Positions 40,090 through 49,303 of a DNA stretch of 64,000 nucleotides are shown here, piece after piece. Both the position numbers and the translations under genes were made by a program. The notes beneath the pieces are model-generated. The model saw nothing but the letters and a program-made list of their open reading frames with translations, ran no database searches and was not told the DNA's origin. Source of the DNA: Parvularculaceae bacterium (GTDB lineage: Bacteria > Pseudomonadota > Alphaproteobacteria > Caulobacterales > Parvularculaceae); the NCBI GenBank assembly GCA_041398145.1, contig JAWKVF010000007.1, forward strand, positions 2,385-66,384, given 5' to 3'. Each line of letters opens with the position of its first letter. Positions within the stretch are counted from its first letter, which is position 1.

Positions 40090-41694
40090 TCAGGCATTGG
40101 GCGCAGCGGCTTTCACCGCGTCAGAAACATAGGCTTCGAACTTGGCGAAATTCTCGACAAACATGCCGGCGAGTTTCGCCGCCTGCGCGTCATAGGCGGC
40201 CTTGTCGGCCCAGGTGTCGCGCGGGTTGAGGATTTTGGCGTCAACGCCCGGCACGGCCGTTGGCGCTTCAAAGCCGAAGACTTCATCCTTGCGCATCGGC
40301 GCTGAATTCAGCGAGCCGTCAAGCGCCGCGCCAAGCAGCGCGCGGGTCGCCTTGATCGGCATGCGTGAGCCGACGCCGTACGGCCCGCCGGTCCAGCCGG
40401 TGTTGACCAGCCAGCATGAGACCGAGTGCCGGGCGATCAGATCGCCGAGAAGTTTTCCGTATTCGGACGGATGGCGCGGCATGAACGGCGCGCCGAAGCA
40501 TGTCGAAAACGTCGCCTCGGGCTCATCGCCAAGACCCTTTTCGGTGCCGGCGACCTTCGCGGTATAGCCCGACAGGAACAGATACATCGCCTGTTCCGGC
40601 GTCAGGCGTGCGATTGGCGGCAACACGCCAAACGCGTCCGCCGATAGCATGATGATGTTTTTCGGATGCGTTGTGCGCCCGGTTTCCGAGGCGTTGGGGA
40701 TATAGTGGATCGGATAGGCGCCGCGCGAATTTTCCGCCAGCGTCGCATCGTCAAGATCGAGCGCGCGGGTCTGCGGGTCCATCACGACGTTTTCCAGAAC
40801 CGTTCCGAAACGCCTGGTTGTTGCGAAAATCTCCGGCTCGGCGTCCGCCGACAGCCTGATCATCTTGGCGTAGCAGCCGCCTTCGAAATTGAACAAACCG
40901 TTGGGCGACCAGCCATGTTCGTCATCGCCGATCAGCACCCGGTCGGGGTCGGCCGACAGCGTGGTTTTGCCGGTGCCGGAAAGCCCGAAAAAGATCGCGG
41001 AGTCTTGCTTGTCGCCGACATTGACCGAGCAGTGCATCGGCATCACGCCATTTTCCGGCAGCAGGAAGTTCAAGATCGTGAACACCGACTTTTTCATCTC
41101 GCCGGCGTAGGAGGTGCCGCCGATCAGCACCATGCGTTTGACGAAGTCGACAGCGATGACCGTCTTGCTGCGACAGCCGTGACGTGCCGGATCGGCTTCA
41201 AAACCGGGCAGGTCGACAATGGTGAAATCCGGCGCCTTGCCGGTTACAAACCCGCGCTCGGCCAGCGGCGGGCGCACTAAAAGGTGCTGGATGAACAAAG
41301 AGTGCCAGGCAAGTTCGGTGAACACCCGGACCTTGATGTGATGTTGCTTGTCGGCCCCGCCTTTCAGGTCCTGCGCGAACAGGCTTTGCCCGGCGGCGTA
41401 ATCCAGCATGTCCTGATGCAGGACATCGAAATGCGCCGGGGTCATCGCCTTGTTGGCGTCCCACCAGATTTTCGACTCGATTTCCGGGTGGCGCACCACG
41501 AACTTGTCCTGCGCCGAGCGTCCGGTGTGCTCGCCGGTCTTGACCACCAGGGGCCCGTCAGCGGCGATTTCGCCCTCGTTACGCGCGACGGCGAGCTGGA
41601 AATACCCGGCCGCAGTCAGATTGCGAAGCGCCGCCGGGGCGGCGTCTTCAAACGACGAAAGGGCGGCCGGCGCCGCCTTCAGATTTGCAGTCAT
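40090..41694 (-). CDS. pckA: Phosphoenolpyruvate carboxykinase (ATP)
   Basis: [40 protein letters not shown]. Confidence 0.98.
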   Translation of the reverse strand: MTANLKAAPAALSSFEDAAPAALRNLTAAGYFQLAVARNEGEIAADGPLVVKTGEHTGRSAQDKFVVRHPEIESKIWWDANKAMTPAHFDVLHQDMLDYAAGQSLFAQDLKGGADKQHHIKVRVFTELAWHSLFIQHLLVRPPLAERGFVTGKAPDFTIVDLPGFEADPARHGCRSKTVIAVDFVKRMVLIGGTSYAGEMKKSVFTILNFLLPENGVMPMHCSVNVGDKQDSAIFFGLSGTGKTTLSADPDRVLIGDDEHGWSPNGLFNFEGGCYAKMIRLSADAEPEIFATTRRFGTVLENVVMDPQTRALDLDDATLAENSRGAYPIHYIPNASETGRTTHPKNIIMLSADAFGVLPPIARLTPEQAMYLFLSGYTAKVAGTEKGLGDEPEATFSTCFGAPFMPRHPSEYGKLLGDLIARHSVSCWLVNTGWTGGPYGVGSRMPIKATRALLGAALDGSLNSAPMRKDEVFGFEAPTAVPGVDAKILNPRDTWADKAAYDAQAAKLAGMFVENFAKFEAYVSDAVKAAAPNA

Positions 41695-41894
41695 TAAGGG
41701 GCCTCCCGAGACGCCTTTACCCAACGCACGCCACGCACGTGCGCCTTTCTGGGTGGCTCATAATCCAAAAACCGGACCAGTGCGACTCCTGCAGCCTTAA
41801 ACGAGTTGTCCGGGCTAAAATGCGCATAATGTGCGCCTTGATTGGTCGTGAATGGCATGCGACACCAGCGTCCTGGTTAACAAGGAGGAGACGC

Positions 41895-43616
41895 ATGCGT
41901 CTTTATGGGATTTTGGCGTCGGGCGCTGCGGCGATGACGCTGCTCGCCGGATGCGGCGGCAAGGATACGGCGACCACGCAGCAAGCGGCGAACGATGCGG
42001 CGCAAACATTGGCGGAAGACGCCGCAGCAGTGGCGGCGAGCCTTGATGCGGAAATTACCGCCGAAGACCTCGCCCGCCATATCTCGACGCTTGCGTCAGA
42101 TGAATATGAGGGCCGCGCTCCGACGACGGCGGGCGGCGAAAAGACCCGTAATTATATCGCGGCCGAATACAAACGCCTCGGGTTCGAGCCGGTGAACGGC
42201 GCTTACTTCCAGCAGGCGCCAATGGTTGAATCCCTGGTTGACCCGGAAAAGTCGTCGCTGGTGATTAATGTCAACGGCGCCGAACGCCCGCTCGCCTACA
42301 AGACCGACGCGGTCTGGGGCACCAAGCAGGTGCAGCCGGAAGTCAAGTTCGAAAACAGCGACATGGTGTTCGTCGGCTATGGCATCGTCGCGCCGGAATA
42401 TGGCTGGAACGATTACGCAGGGATCGATCCCAAGGGCAAGACCGTCGTTATGCTGATTAACGATCCGGGTTTCGCGACGCAGGACCCCGATCTCTTCAAC
42501 GGCAATGCGATGACCTATTACGGCCGATGGACCTATAAATACGAAGAAGCGGCCCGTCAGGGCGCAGCGGCGGCGATCATCATTCACGACACTGCGCCGG
42601 CGGCCTATGGCTGGAACGTTGTCGAGGGATCATGGTCAGGCCCGCAGATCGACCTGCAACGCAGCGACGACGGCATGAGCCGCGCAAAAATGGAAGCATG
42701 GATCACCAATGACGTCGCCCGCGAGCTGATGATCGCGGCCGGGCTTGACCTCGACGCTTTACAGGATGCGGCCAAGACGCCGGGCTTTACGCCGGTTGCA
42801 ATGACCGGCCTCACCGCGTCGGGCGATATCGTCCAAACCCTCAAGCGGTCGGAAGACGCCAATGTCGTCGGCGTGTTGCCGGGGACGGAAGCGCCGGACG
42901 AATACGTCCTTTACATGGGCCATTGGGACCATCTCGGCGTTAACCCGACTGCGGAAGGCGATGATAAAATCTACAATGGCGCCGTTGACAACGCGACCGG
43001 CGTCGCCGCGATTTTGGAAATCGGCGAAAAATTCGCCGCCGGCGAACGCCCGCGCCGTTCGATCCTGCTGGCGGCGGTGACGGCGGAGGAATCCGGCCTG
43101 CTCGGCTCGGCGTATTTTGCCGAAAACCCGCCTGTGCCGCTCAAGAATATCGTCGGCGGCATAAATATCGATGCGATGATGCCGACGCCGCCGGCCAAAG
43201 ACATTGTCGTCGTAGGCTATGGCGCGTCAGAGCTTGAAGACTTGTTGAAGACCGCCGCCGATGCTGAAGGCCGCTATCTGAAGGCCGACCCGGAGCCGGA
43301 AAAGGGGTATTTCTATCGCTCTGACCACATCTCGCTCGCCAAGAAGGGCGTGCCCATGCTTTACGCCGACGGCGGGTTCGACCTCGTCGACGGAGGTGAG
43401 GCGGCGGGCGAAGCCTTTGGCGCCGACTATACAGCCAACCGCTATCATCAGCCCTCGGACGAGTATTCCGAAGACTGGGATCTTACCGGCATGGTCGAGA
43501 TGGTCGACATTCTTTATGAAGTCGGCGAGGAAATGGCCGATTCCGACATTTGGCCGAACTGGTATGACGGCAATGAATTCCGGTCGCTGCGCGACGCTCA
43601 GCGCGCTGAGGAATAA
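41895..43616 (+). CDS. M28 family metallopeptidase lipoprotein with PA domain
   Basis: Lipobox LAGC; GHWDHLG, NGAVDNATG, TAEESGLLGS, YRSDH, YHQPSD. Confidence 0.94.
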   Translation: MRLYGILASGAAAMTLLAGCGGKDTATTQQAANDAAQTLAEDAAAVAASLDAEITAEDLARHISTLASDEYEGRAPTTAGGEKTRNYIAAEYKRLGFEPVNGAYFQQAPMVESLVDPEKSSLVINVNGAERPLAYKTDAVWGTKQVQPEVKFENSDMVFVGYGIVAPEYGWNDYAGIDPKGKTVVMLINDPGFATQDPDLFNGNAMTYYGRWTYKYEEAARQGAAAAIIIHDTAPAAYGWNVVEGSWSGPQIDLQRSDDGMSRAKMEAWITNDVARELMIAAGLDLDALQDAAKTPGFTPVAMTGLTASGDIVQTLKRSEDANVVGVLPGTEAPDEYVLYMGHWDHLGVNPTAEGDDKIYNGAVDNATGVAAILEIGEKFAAGERPRRSILLAAVTAEESGLLGSAYFAENPPVPLKNIVGGINIDAMMPTPPAKDIVVVGYGASELEDLLKTAADAEGRYLKADPEPEKGYFYRSDHISLAKKGVPMLYADGGFDLVDGGEAAGEAFGADYTANRYHQPSDEYSEDWDLTGMVEMVDILYEVGEEMADSDIWPNWYDGNEFRSLRDAQRAEE

Positions 43617-43667
43617 AAAAATCGATTGGGGCGCACTCGGGGAGTGCGGTCCCTGACCCAAAATGAG

Positions 43668-43700
43668 ACAGCGCCGGCTCAACCCGGCGCTGTTTTTATT
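43668..43700 (+). terminator. Intrinsic terminator after the M28 peptidase
   Basis: ACAGCGCCGG-CTCAAC-CCGGCGCTGT followed by TTTTATTT. Confidence 0.85.
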
Positions 43701-43765
43701 TGCCGCAATTTTTTTCACAATTGCTAGCGCGGTGTTAACACCTGGCGGTCAATAAAGATCGGGCT

Positions 43766-44023
43766 ATGGAAACCGTGTACGATTTCATGTCGGTAAGCCT
43801 GTTCATCGCGACAGCGGGGATATTCTTCTATCGCTATCGCAATGAGAATCCGCCGCTTGCGCCCTACATGCTGATTTCGCTGGTGTGCGCGGCGTCGAAC
43901 TGGCTCGGCAATAATGGCGGCGGCGTCGGCGCGATCCTGCTGCTCATCGCCGCCTCGTTTTACCTGCTTTACATCGCGGGCACGCCTTACGCCGAAGACG
44001 GCGAAGCGCCAAAACCGAGGTAG
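43766..44023 (+). CDS. XrtV-type exosortase sorting system accessory protein
   Basis: METVYDFMSVSLF...LVCAASNWLGNNG matches the METVxD...CAxxNxLGN pattern I recall for this family; PEP-CTERM/exosortase context. Confidence 0.75.
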   Translation: METVYDFMSVSLFIATAGIFFYRYRNENPPLAPYMLISLVCAASNWLGNNGGGVGAILLLIAASFYLLYIAGTPYAEDGEAPKPR

Positions 44024-44640
44024 GCCGCTGACACGCGCCGCCGGCGCAACGCCTTCAAGCGTGCGGCGACGGCCCAAAATCCCATAATCATCAACAGCCA
44101 GACCGCCGGCTCCGGCGTCGGCGCGGTGACCGTCGTCACCTGTCCGTTGACGTCGACATAATCGACCTGTGCGCCCGTTGCGCCCTTGGTCTGGCGTGTC
44201 GTCGTAATCTGGATGAAATCGCAGCCGCCGAATGCGCTGCAGCCTTTCTGGAACAGATTGCCGGTGCTGAGCGAGCCGCCGGCGTTGACGCTTTTTGAGT
44301 TAACGTAGATCGGCGAGCCGCCGTTCCAGACGCCAAAACTGATGGTCAATCGCGCTTTGCCGGTCGGCGGCGCCAGGGTAAAGATCGACACCGAGTCGGT
44401 TTTTGAAACGCCAAATGGCTGCGAAAATATCAGGCCGATCCATTCACCCAGTGTGACCAGCGGGCCGTCATTGTCGCCGGCGGTCGATAGCGTCGTCAGA
44501 TCGTTCGCGCCAGGCGGCGTCGACGAGACGAATGTCGCGGTCGCCGCAGACGCCGCAGGCGAAAACCAAATCGCGCACGCGCCGACGAGCGCCGCAAGGT
44601 GCGGGCGAAAGCCGGGTCCCCTGCGGTTGCTTCGCCTCAT
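43987..44640 (-). CDS. PEP-CTERM (PEPxxW-type) sorting-signal protein
   Basis: Signal peptide, Thr/Ser/Gly-rich body, C-terminal TPEPAVWLLMIMGF + TM + RRRR. Confidence 0.9.
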   Translation of the reverse strand: MRRSNRRGPGFRPHLAALVGACAIWFSPAASAATATFVSSTPPGANDLTTLSTAGDNDGPLVTLGEWIGLIFSQPFGVSKTDSVSIFTLAPPTGKARLTISFGVWNGGSPIYVNSKSVNAGGSLSTGNLFQKGCSAFGGCDFIQITTTRQTKGATGAQVDYVDVNGQVTTVTAPTPEPAVWLLMIMGFWAVAARLKALRRRRVSAAYLGFGASPSSA

Positions 44641-44712
44641 TTCTTTCTTTGCCGTTCAGGGAACAGAAAGTTTCCCTTGTTTTAATCGCCTCCGAATTCT
44701 GGGCTGGCTGGA

Positions 44713-44727
44713 TTAACCCGGGCTTAA
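44713..44727. promoter_or_regulatory. CtrA-type box in the divergent PEP-CTERM/EPS promoter region
   Basis: Exact TTAA-CCCGGGC-TTAA; a second TTAA-N6-TTAAC lies at 44803-44817. Confidence 0.62.
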
Positions 44728-44843
44728 AAAGTGAAAAACATCGATTGCGACCGGGGGGGCGCAGGCGCGCGCATTCATGCCCCAGCGCCGACGCTGGTAT
44801 GGTTAACTGCGATTAACCGCTTTTGCCTGAACGGCGGAGGCGG

Positions 44844-46100
44844 ATGATGAGCACGCATCCTCCGCGCAAGGTGTTGATGATTGTCGAGAACCTGCCGGTG
44901 CCGTTTGACCGCCGTGTCTGGGCGGAGGCGACGACGCTGACCGACGCCGGCTATCAGGTCAGCATAATCTCGCCGAAGCTGCGCGGCTATGACGCCGCCT
45001 ATGAAGAGATCGACGGCGTTCACATCTATCGCCATAAGCTGACCGAGGCGGGCTCGTCTGCGGCCGGGTATGTTCGCGAATATTATGGTGCGTTGTGGAA
45101 CCAGTTGCGGCTGGCGTTCAAAGTGCGGCGCGAGCGCGGTTTCGACGTCATTCACGCCTGCAACCCGCCTGACCTCATTTTCATCGTTGCCGCGCTGTTC
45201 AAGCTGGCGTTCGGCGTGAAATTCGTCTTCGATCATCACGATCTGTGCCCTGAGCTCTTTGAGGCGAAGTACGGCCGCAAGGGACTTTTCTATAATGCGC
45301 TGTTGATGTTCGAGCGGATGACGTTCGCGCTCGCCGATATTTCGATCGCCACCAATGACTCGTATCGCGAGATCGCGGTGACGCGTGGCGGCATGGACCC
45401 CAAAGACGTGTTCGTTGTGCGCTCCGGCCCCCGCCTTGACCGTATCAGGATCGGCCTGCCCGATCCGCAACATAAAAAAGGCTTCGACTATCTGATCGGT
45501 TATGTCGGCGTCATCGGTAAGCAGGAAGGTCTCAATCTGTTGGTGGAAGCCGCCGATCAATTGGTGCGCCGGCTCGGCCGCGCCGACGCGCATTTCGCCA
45601 TTATCGGCGATGGTCCTGAGCGTCAGGCGATTGTCGATCTCGTTCAGGAAAAAGGGCTTGAACGATATTTCACCTTTTACGGGCGCGTCCCTGACGCGGT
45701 GTTCTTGAGCGTACTCAACACCGCCGACATGTGCGTCAACGCGGATGTTCACTGCGCGATGAACGACAAGTCGACGATGAACAAGATTCTCGAATACATG
45801 GCGCTGAAGAAGCCGATCGTGCAGTTCGACCTGACCGAGGGGCGGCGTTCGGCGGGCGCCGCATCGCTCTACGCGCGGGCCAATAACCCGTCGGATTTCG
45901 CCGCGAAAATCGACCGTTTGCTTGGCGATCCGGCGCTGCGTCGCGAGATGGGTGAAATCGGCCGTGAACGAATCGTCAGCCGGTTTTCCTGGGCGCATTC
46001 GGCGCCGGTGCTGCTGCGCGCCTATGGACGTGTGTACAGCGCCAGGAAGCGGCAGCCCGCCTCGCTCGCACGGCCCGCCGCGACAGGTACAGGGCGATGA
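44844..46100 (+). CDS. Glycosyltransferase family 4
   Basis: VENLPVPFDRRVWAEA, HACNPPD, FDHHDL, NKILEYMALKKPIV. Confidence 0.93.
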   Translation: MMSTHPPRKVLMIVENLPVPFDRRVWAEATTLTDAGYQVSIISPKLRGYDAAYEEIDGVHIYRHKLTEAGSSAAGYVREYYGALWNQLRLAFKVRRERGFDVIHACNPPDLIFIVAALFKLAFGVKFVFDHHDLCPELFEAKYGRKGLFYNALLMFERMTFALADISIATNDSYREIAVTRGGMDPKDVFVVRSGPRLDRIRIGLPDPQHKKGFDYLIGYVGVIGKQEGLNLLVEAADQLVRRLGRADAHFAIIGDGPERQAIVDLVQEKGLERYFTFYGRVPDAVFLSVLNTADMCVNADVHCAMNDKSTMNKILEYMALKKPIVQFDLTEGRRSAGAASLYARANNPSDFAAKIDRLLGDPALRREMGEIGRERIVSRFSWAHSAPVLLRAYGRVYSARKRQPASLARPAATGTGR

Positions 46101-46975
46101 ATCCGACGTGCGCCATTGCCGCCAGTATTATCGTGCCGCATTTTGATCAATGCGAGCTGCTGGCGCGCTGCCTTGAAAGTCTTGAGGCGCAGACTTGGCC
46201 GCGCGCCAATTACGAAATCATCGTCGCAGACAATGATACGCCAGGCGGCGTTGCTGAAATCGCCGCGCTTTTCCCGGATGTTATTTTCCTGACAGAGAAA
46301 ACACGCGGTGCGGCGGCTGCGCGGAACGCCGCGATGGCGCGCGCGCGCGGCGACGTCTTCGCCTTCACCGACGCCGATTGCATCGCCGCACCGGATTGGC
46401 TGGCGTGTGGGATCGACGCGCTGAACAAAACAGAAATGGCCGGCGGCGCCGTTAACGTCACGGTAAGGAATGAGTTGGCGATGTCGCCGGAAGAGGCGTT
46501 CGAGCGGGTGTTCGCCTTTCGTCAACGCCGTTATATTGAGCAAAAGAACTTCGCTGTGACCGCCAACCTGTTTGTGTGCGCTGATGTGGCGCGGCGGATC
46601 GGCGTGTTTGTCAACGGCGTCTCAGAAGATGTCGACTGGTGCCGTCGCGGCCGCGCGCTAGGGTTTCATTTAGCATTTAACGATAAATCAATCGTGAGCC
46701 ACCCGGCGCGCCGGAACTGGACCGAGCTTTCCCGTAAATGGGACAGAATGGTTGCGGAACGCTGGAGCGGCTTTGGAGGGCGCAGTCCTTTCCGCCAGTG
46801 GGCCTGGGCGGGATTGGCTGTCGCAACGGCGCTTTCCGTCGCGCCGCACATGGTGAGGATTTTCGCCAGCGCCGAGCTTTCGGCGTGGCGCGACCGCATC
46901 GCGGCGACGGGTGTGCTGGCGCGAATTCGCTGGCGACGCGCAGGGCGCATGCTGTCCCTGCTACGCGCGGGCTGA
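46097..46975 (+). CDS. Glycosyltransferase family 2
   Basis: IIVADND, GAAAARN, FTDADC, SEDVDWC. Confidence 0.9.
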   Translation: MNPTCAIAASIIVPHFDQCELLARCLESLEAQTWPRANYEIIVADNDTPGGVAEIAALFPDVIFLTEKTRGAAAARNAAMARARGDVFAFTDADCIAAPDWLACGIDALNKTEMAGGAVNVTVRNELAMSPEEAFERVFAFRQRRYIEQKNFAVTANLFVCADVARRIGVFVNGVSEDVDWCRRGRALGFHLAFNDKSIVSHPARRNWTELSRKWDRMVAERWSGFGGRSPFRQWAWAGLAVATALSVAPHMVRIFASAELSAWRDRIAATGVLARIRWRRAGRMLSLLRAG

Positions 46976-47012
46976 ATTGCTTCCCATACGAATTGAAAGG
47001 ACGCAAAGACTG

Positions 47013-47894
47013 ATGCATATCGTCCAGATTTACGCCGCCCGCCTGGCGGCCGCCTTGTGCCTTGTAGCGGCGTCCTTGCCTGTTCACGCCGCCGCAGCCG
47101 ACGCCAAGTCCGCGGCGTCGGGCAAAACTCAGGTGGTCGCGCGCGCCGCCGGCAAGGAAATCACCTTAAGCGATCTTCGCCTTGAAATGACGCGTCTTGG
47201 TCTGTCGCCCGTTGATCCTGACGCCGAGCGTGTGGCGATGGAAAGTCTGTTGAACCGCACGCTGCTGGCCAAAGCTGCGCGTGACGCCAACCTTCACCGA
47301 AAGCCAGAAGCGATGGCGCGCATGTACGCGGCGCAGGACCAGGCGCTCGCCGATCTTTATCTTGCGACAGCCAGCCAGCCGGCTGAGCCGACGCGCCAGG
47401 AAGTCGATGATTTTATCGCCGCCAATCCGACGCTGTTCGCCGCCCGCCGCGCCTATGACTTTGACGTGCTGACGCTTGAGACCGCAAATTTCGACGAGGC
47501 GGTGTTGACGCCGCTGTTCGACAAGGAAGCTGATTTTGCGCGGCTTCGCGCCGTCCTCGACAAGGCTAAAGCGCCTTATACGCTCGGGTTCGTGTCGCAA
47601 TCGGGCGCGGCGTTTCCGGCCCCAATCCGTGAACAGCTTGGGTCTTACGGCGTCAAAGACAACATCGTCCTGCGCGGGGATACGCACACGCAGATCATGA
47701 AAATTACCGCGGTGCGCAATGACGCCGACGATAGCGCGTCATGGGGCGCGCTGGCGCGGCGGTTGTTGCTGGAAGATGGCGCCCGGATCCGCGCGCAAGC
47801 TCTTGTCGAGCGGCTGAAAAAAGCCGGCGGCGTCGCTTATTACCGACCGAGCGTGACGCCGAAACTGCAAGACACTGCAAGCGTGGCGGAATAA
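47013..47894 (+). CDS. epsD: EpsD-family SurA-like/PPIase periplasmic chaperone of exosortase-EPS loci
   Basis: Signal peptide; QVVARAAGKEITLSDL; EPTRQEVDDFIAANPTLFAARRAY; position before EpsF. Confidence 0.78.
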   Translation: MHIVQIYAARLAAALCLVAASLPVHAAAADAKSAASGKTQVVARAAGKEITLSDLRLEMTRLGLSPVDPDAERVAMESLLNRTLLAKAARDANLHRKPEAMARMYAAQDQALADLYLATASQPAEPTRQEVDDFIAANPTLFAARRAYDFDVLTLETANFDEAVLTPLFDKEADFARLRAVLDKAKAPYTLGFVSQSGAAFPAPIREQLGSYGVKDNIVLRGDTHTQIMKITAVRNDADDSASWGALARRLLLEDGARIRAQALVERLKKAGGVAYYRPSVTPKLQDTASVAE

Positions 47895-47896
47895 TT

Positions 47897-49303
47897 ATGG
47901 GCGTGCTCGACTTTCTCCTTGTCGCCAGAATGCGCCGGCTGATAATCGGCTGGGCGATGATGGTCGGACTTGGTGTTGCGCTGGCGCTTGGCGTCGTCTT
48001 GCCGACAAAATATGAATCTGTCGCCAAAGTGCAAGTCGATTCAATTCAGCGTAATGACCTTACCGGCCTCGTTGAACCGCGCGTTCGTGTCGCTGAATAT
48101 CTCGGCCAGCAGGCGGCGGTGGCGGCGAGTCGCGTCGTTGCGCTAAAAGTCATCGACATGCTGGTCGCCGACGGCGCATTGGTGTTGTCGGATTATGAAA
48201 CTCGCTGGCGCAAGGAAACCGGCGGCGAACTTGTCGCCGGTAACGACAAGCGGTTGTGGGCCGCTGACGAATTGCTGCGCGATCTCCAGATCACCGCGAA
48301 TGATATTGAAAGCACGCTTGAGCTTTCATATCGCGCTGAAGATCCGGCGCAGGCTGCTCGTATCGTGAATGCGTTTGCAAGCGCCTATATGGAAACCATC
48401 GCCGACAAGAAGCAGCGCCAGTTTTCAAGAAAAGCCGCCAGCTTTTCCGATGAAACGCGTTCGCTCGCTGATGACGTCAACCGCGCGCAGGACGAGCTTG
48501 CCGCCTATCGTGAAGAATCCGGTATATTGCCGCTCGGGGTTCAGAAGATTGAAGCGGCCGAGGTTGAATATGCGGCGCTGACTGCGCGTCTCGCCGAGGC
48601 GCGCGCCGATGAGGCCGAGGCGTTGTCGCTGTTGCGACAGGCGCAAACGACCCCGCGCGGCCAGTTGGTGAACTTTCCGTTGCCTGATGACGCGATCCCG
48701 GGCCGACAGGCGCAGATGCGGCTGGCGGCGGTCACCGCGACCCTGTCGCGCATCGCCGACCGCTTTGGTCCGCAATATCCCGATTATATCGAAGCGGCGC
48801 GCGAGAAGGCCACGCTGGAGCAAAACATCCTGCAGTCGATCATCGATCGCGCCGATTACGCGACCCGCCGGGTCGTTGCGCTTGAGGCGTCGGCCGCGCA
48901 GATGAAAGCTGAGCTGACCGAAATGCAGACGATGCGTCAGAAATACGATCTTTTGGAGAACAAGGTTTCGGCCAGTCAGGACACGTACAACCTTGTTGCG
49001 ACGCGCTCATTGCAGGAAGCGCTTCAAGCGCGGGTCGATTCCATCGACGTGTTCTTGTTGGCGCGCGGGGTGCCGGCGTCAAAGCCCGCGACGCCGCCGT
49101 TCTGGATCGTGGTGTTGCTGGGCGTCGCCGCTGGCGCGGCCGTCGGCGCCGGTGTGGCCGTGTTTATCGAACTTTTCGAGGGGCGTGTACGCTCCGCCGC
49201 CGCCGTGCGCCAGGCGCTGCGTACGCAAATTACCGGCGAAGTGACGCCGCCGCGCCGCAGGGGCGGCTTTGCGCCAAGAATTTTCATCAGGAAGACAGCA
49301 TGA
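47897..49303 (+). CDS. epsF: Polysaccharide chain-length determinant (EpsF/GumC/Wzz-like)
   Basis: N-terminal TM, LPTKYES, AARIVNAFASAY, coiled coil, C-terminal Pro-rich segment + TM. Confidence 0.88.
   Translation: MGVLDFLLVARMRRLIIGWAMMVGLGVALALGVVLPTKYESVAKVQVDSIQRNDLTGLVEPRVRVAEYLGQQAAVAASRVVALKVIDMLVADGALVLSDYETRWRKETGGELVAGNDKRLWAADELLRDLQITANDIESTLELSYRAEDPAQAARIVNAFASAYMETIADKKQRQFSRKAASFSDETRSLADDVNRAQDELAAYREESGILPLGVQKIEAAEVEYAALTARLAEARADEAEALSLLRQAQTTPRGQLVNFPLPDDAIPGRQAQMRLAAVTATLSRIADRFGPQYPDYIEAAREKATLEQNILQSIIDRADYATRRVVALEASAAQMKAELTEMQTMRQKYDLLENKVSASQDTYNLVATRSLQEALQARVDSIDVFLLARGVPASKPATPPFWIVVLLGVAAGAAVGAGVAVFIELFEGRVRSAAAVRQALRTQITGEVTPPRRRGGFAPRIFIRKTA

Noticed and set aside
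43632-43648. GCACTC/GAGTGC palindrome resembling CIRCE
   Set aside because: The spacer is only 3 nt and it lies in a 3' UTR; treated as an RNA hairpin instead.
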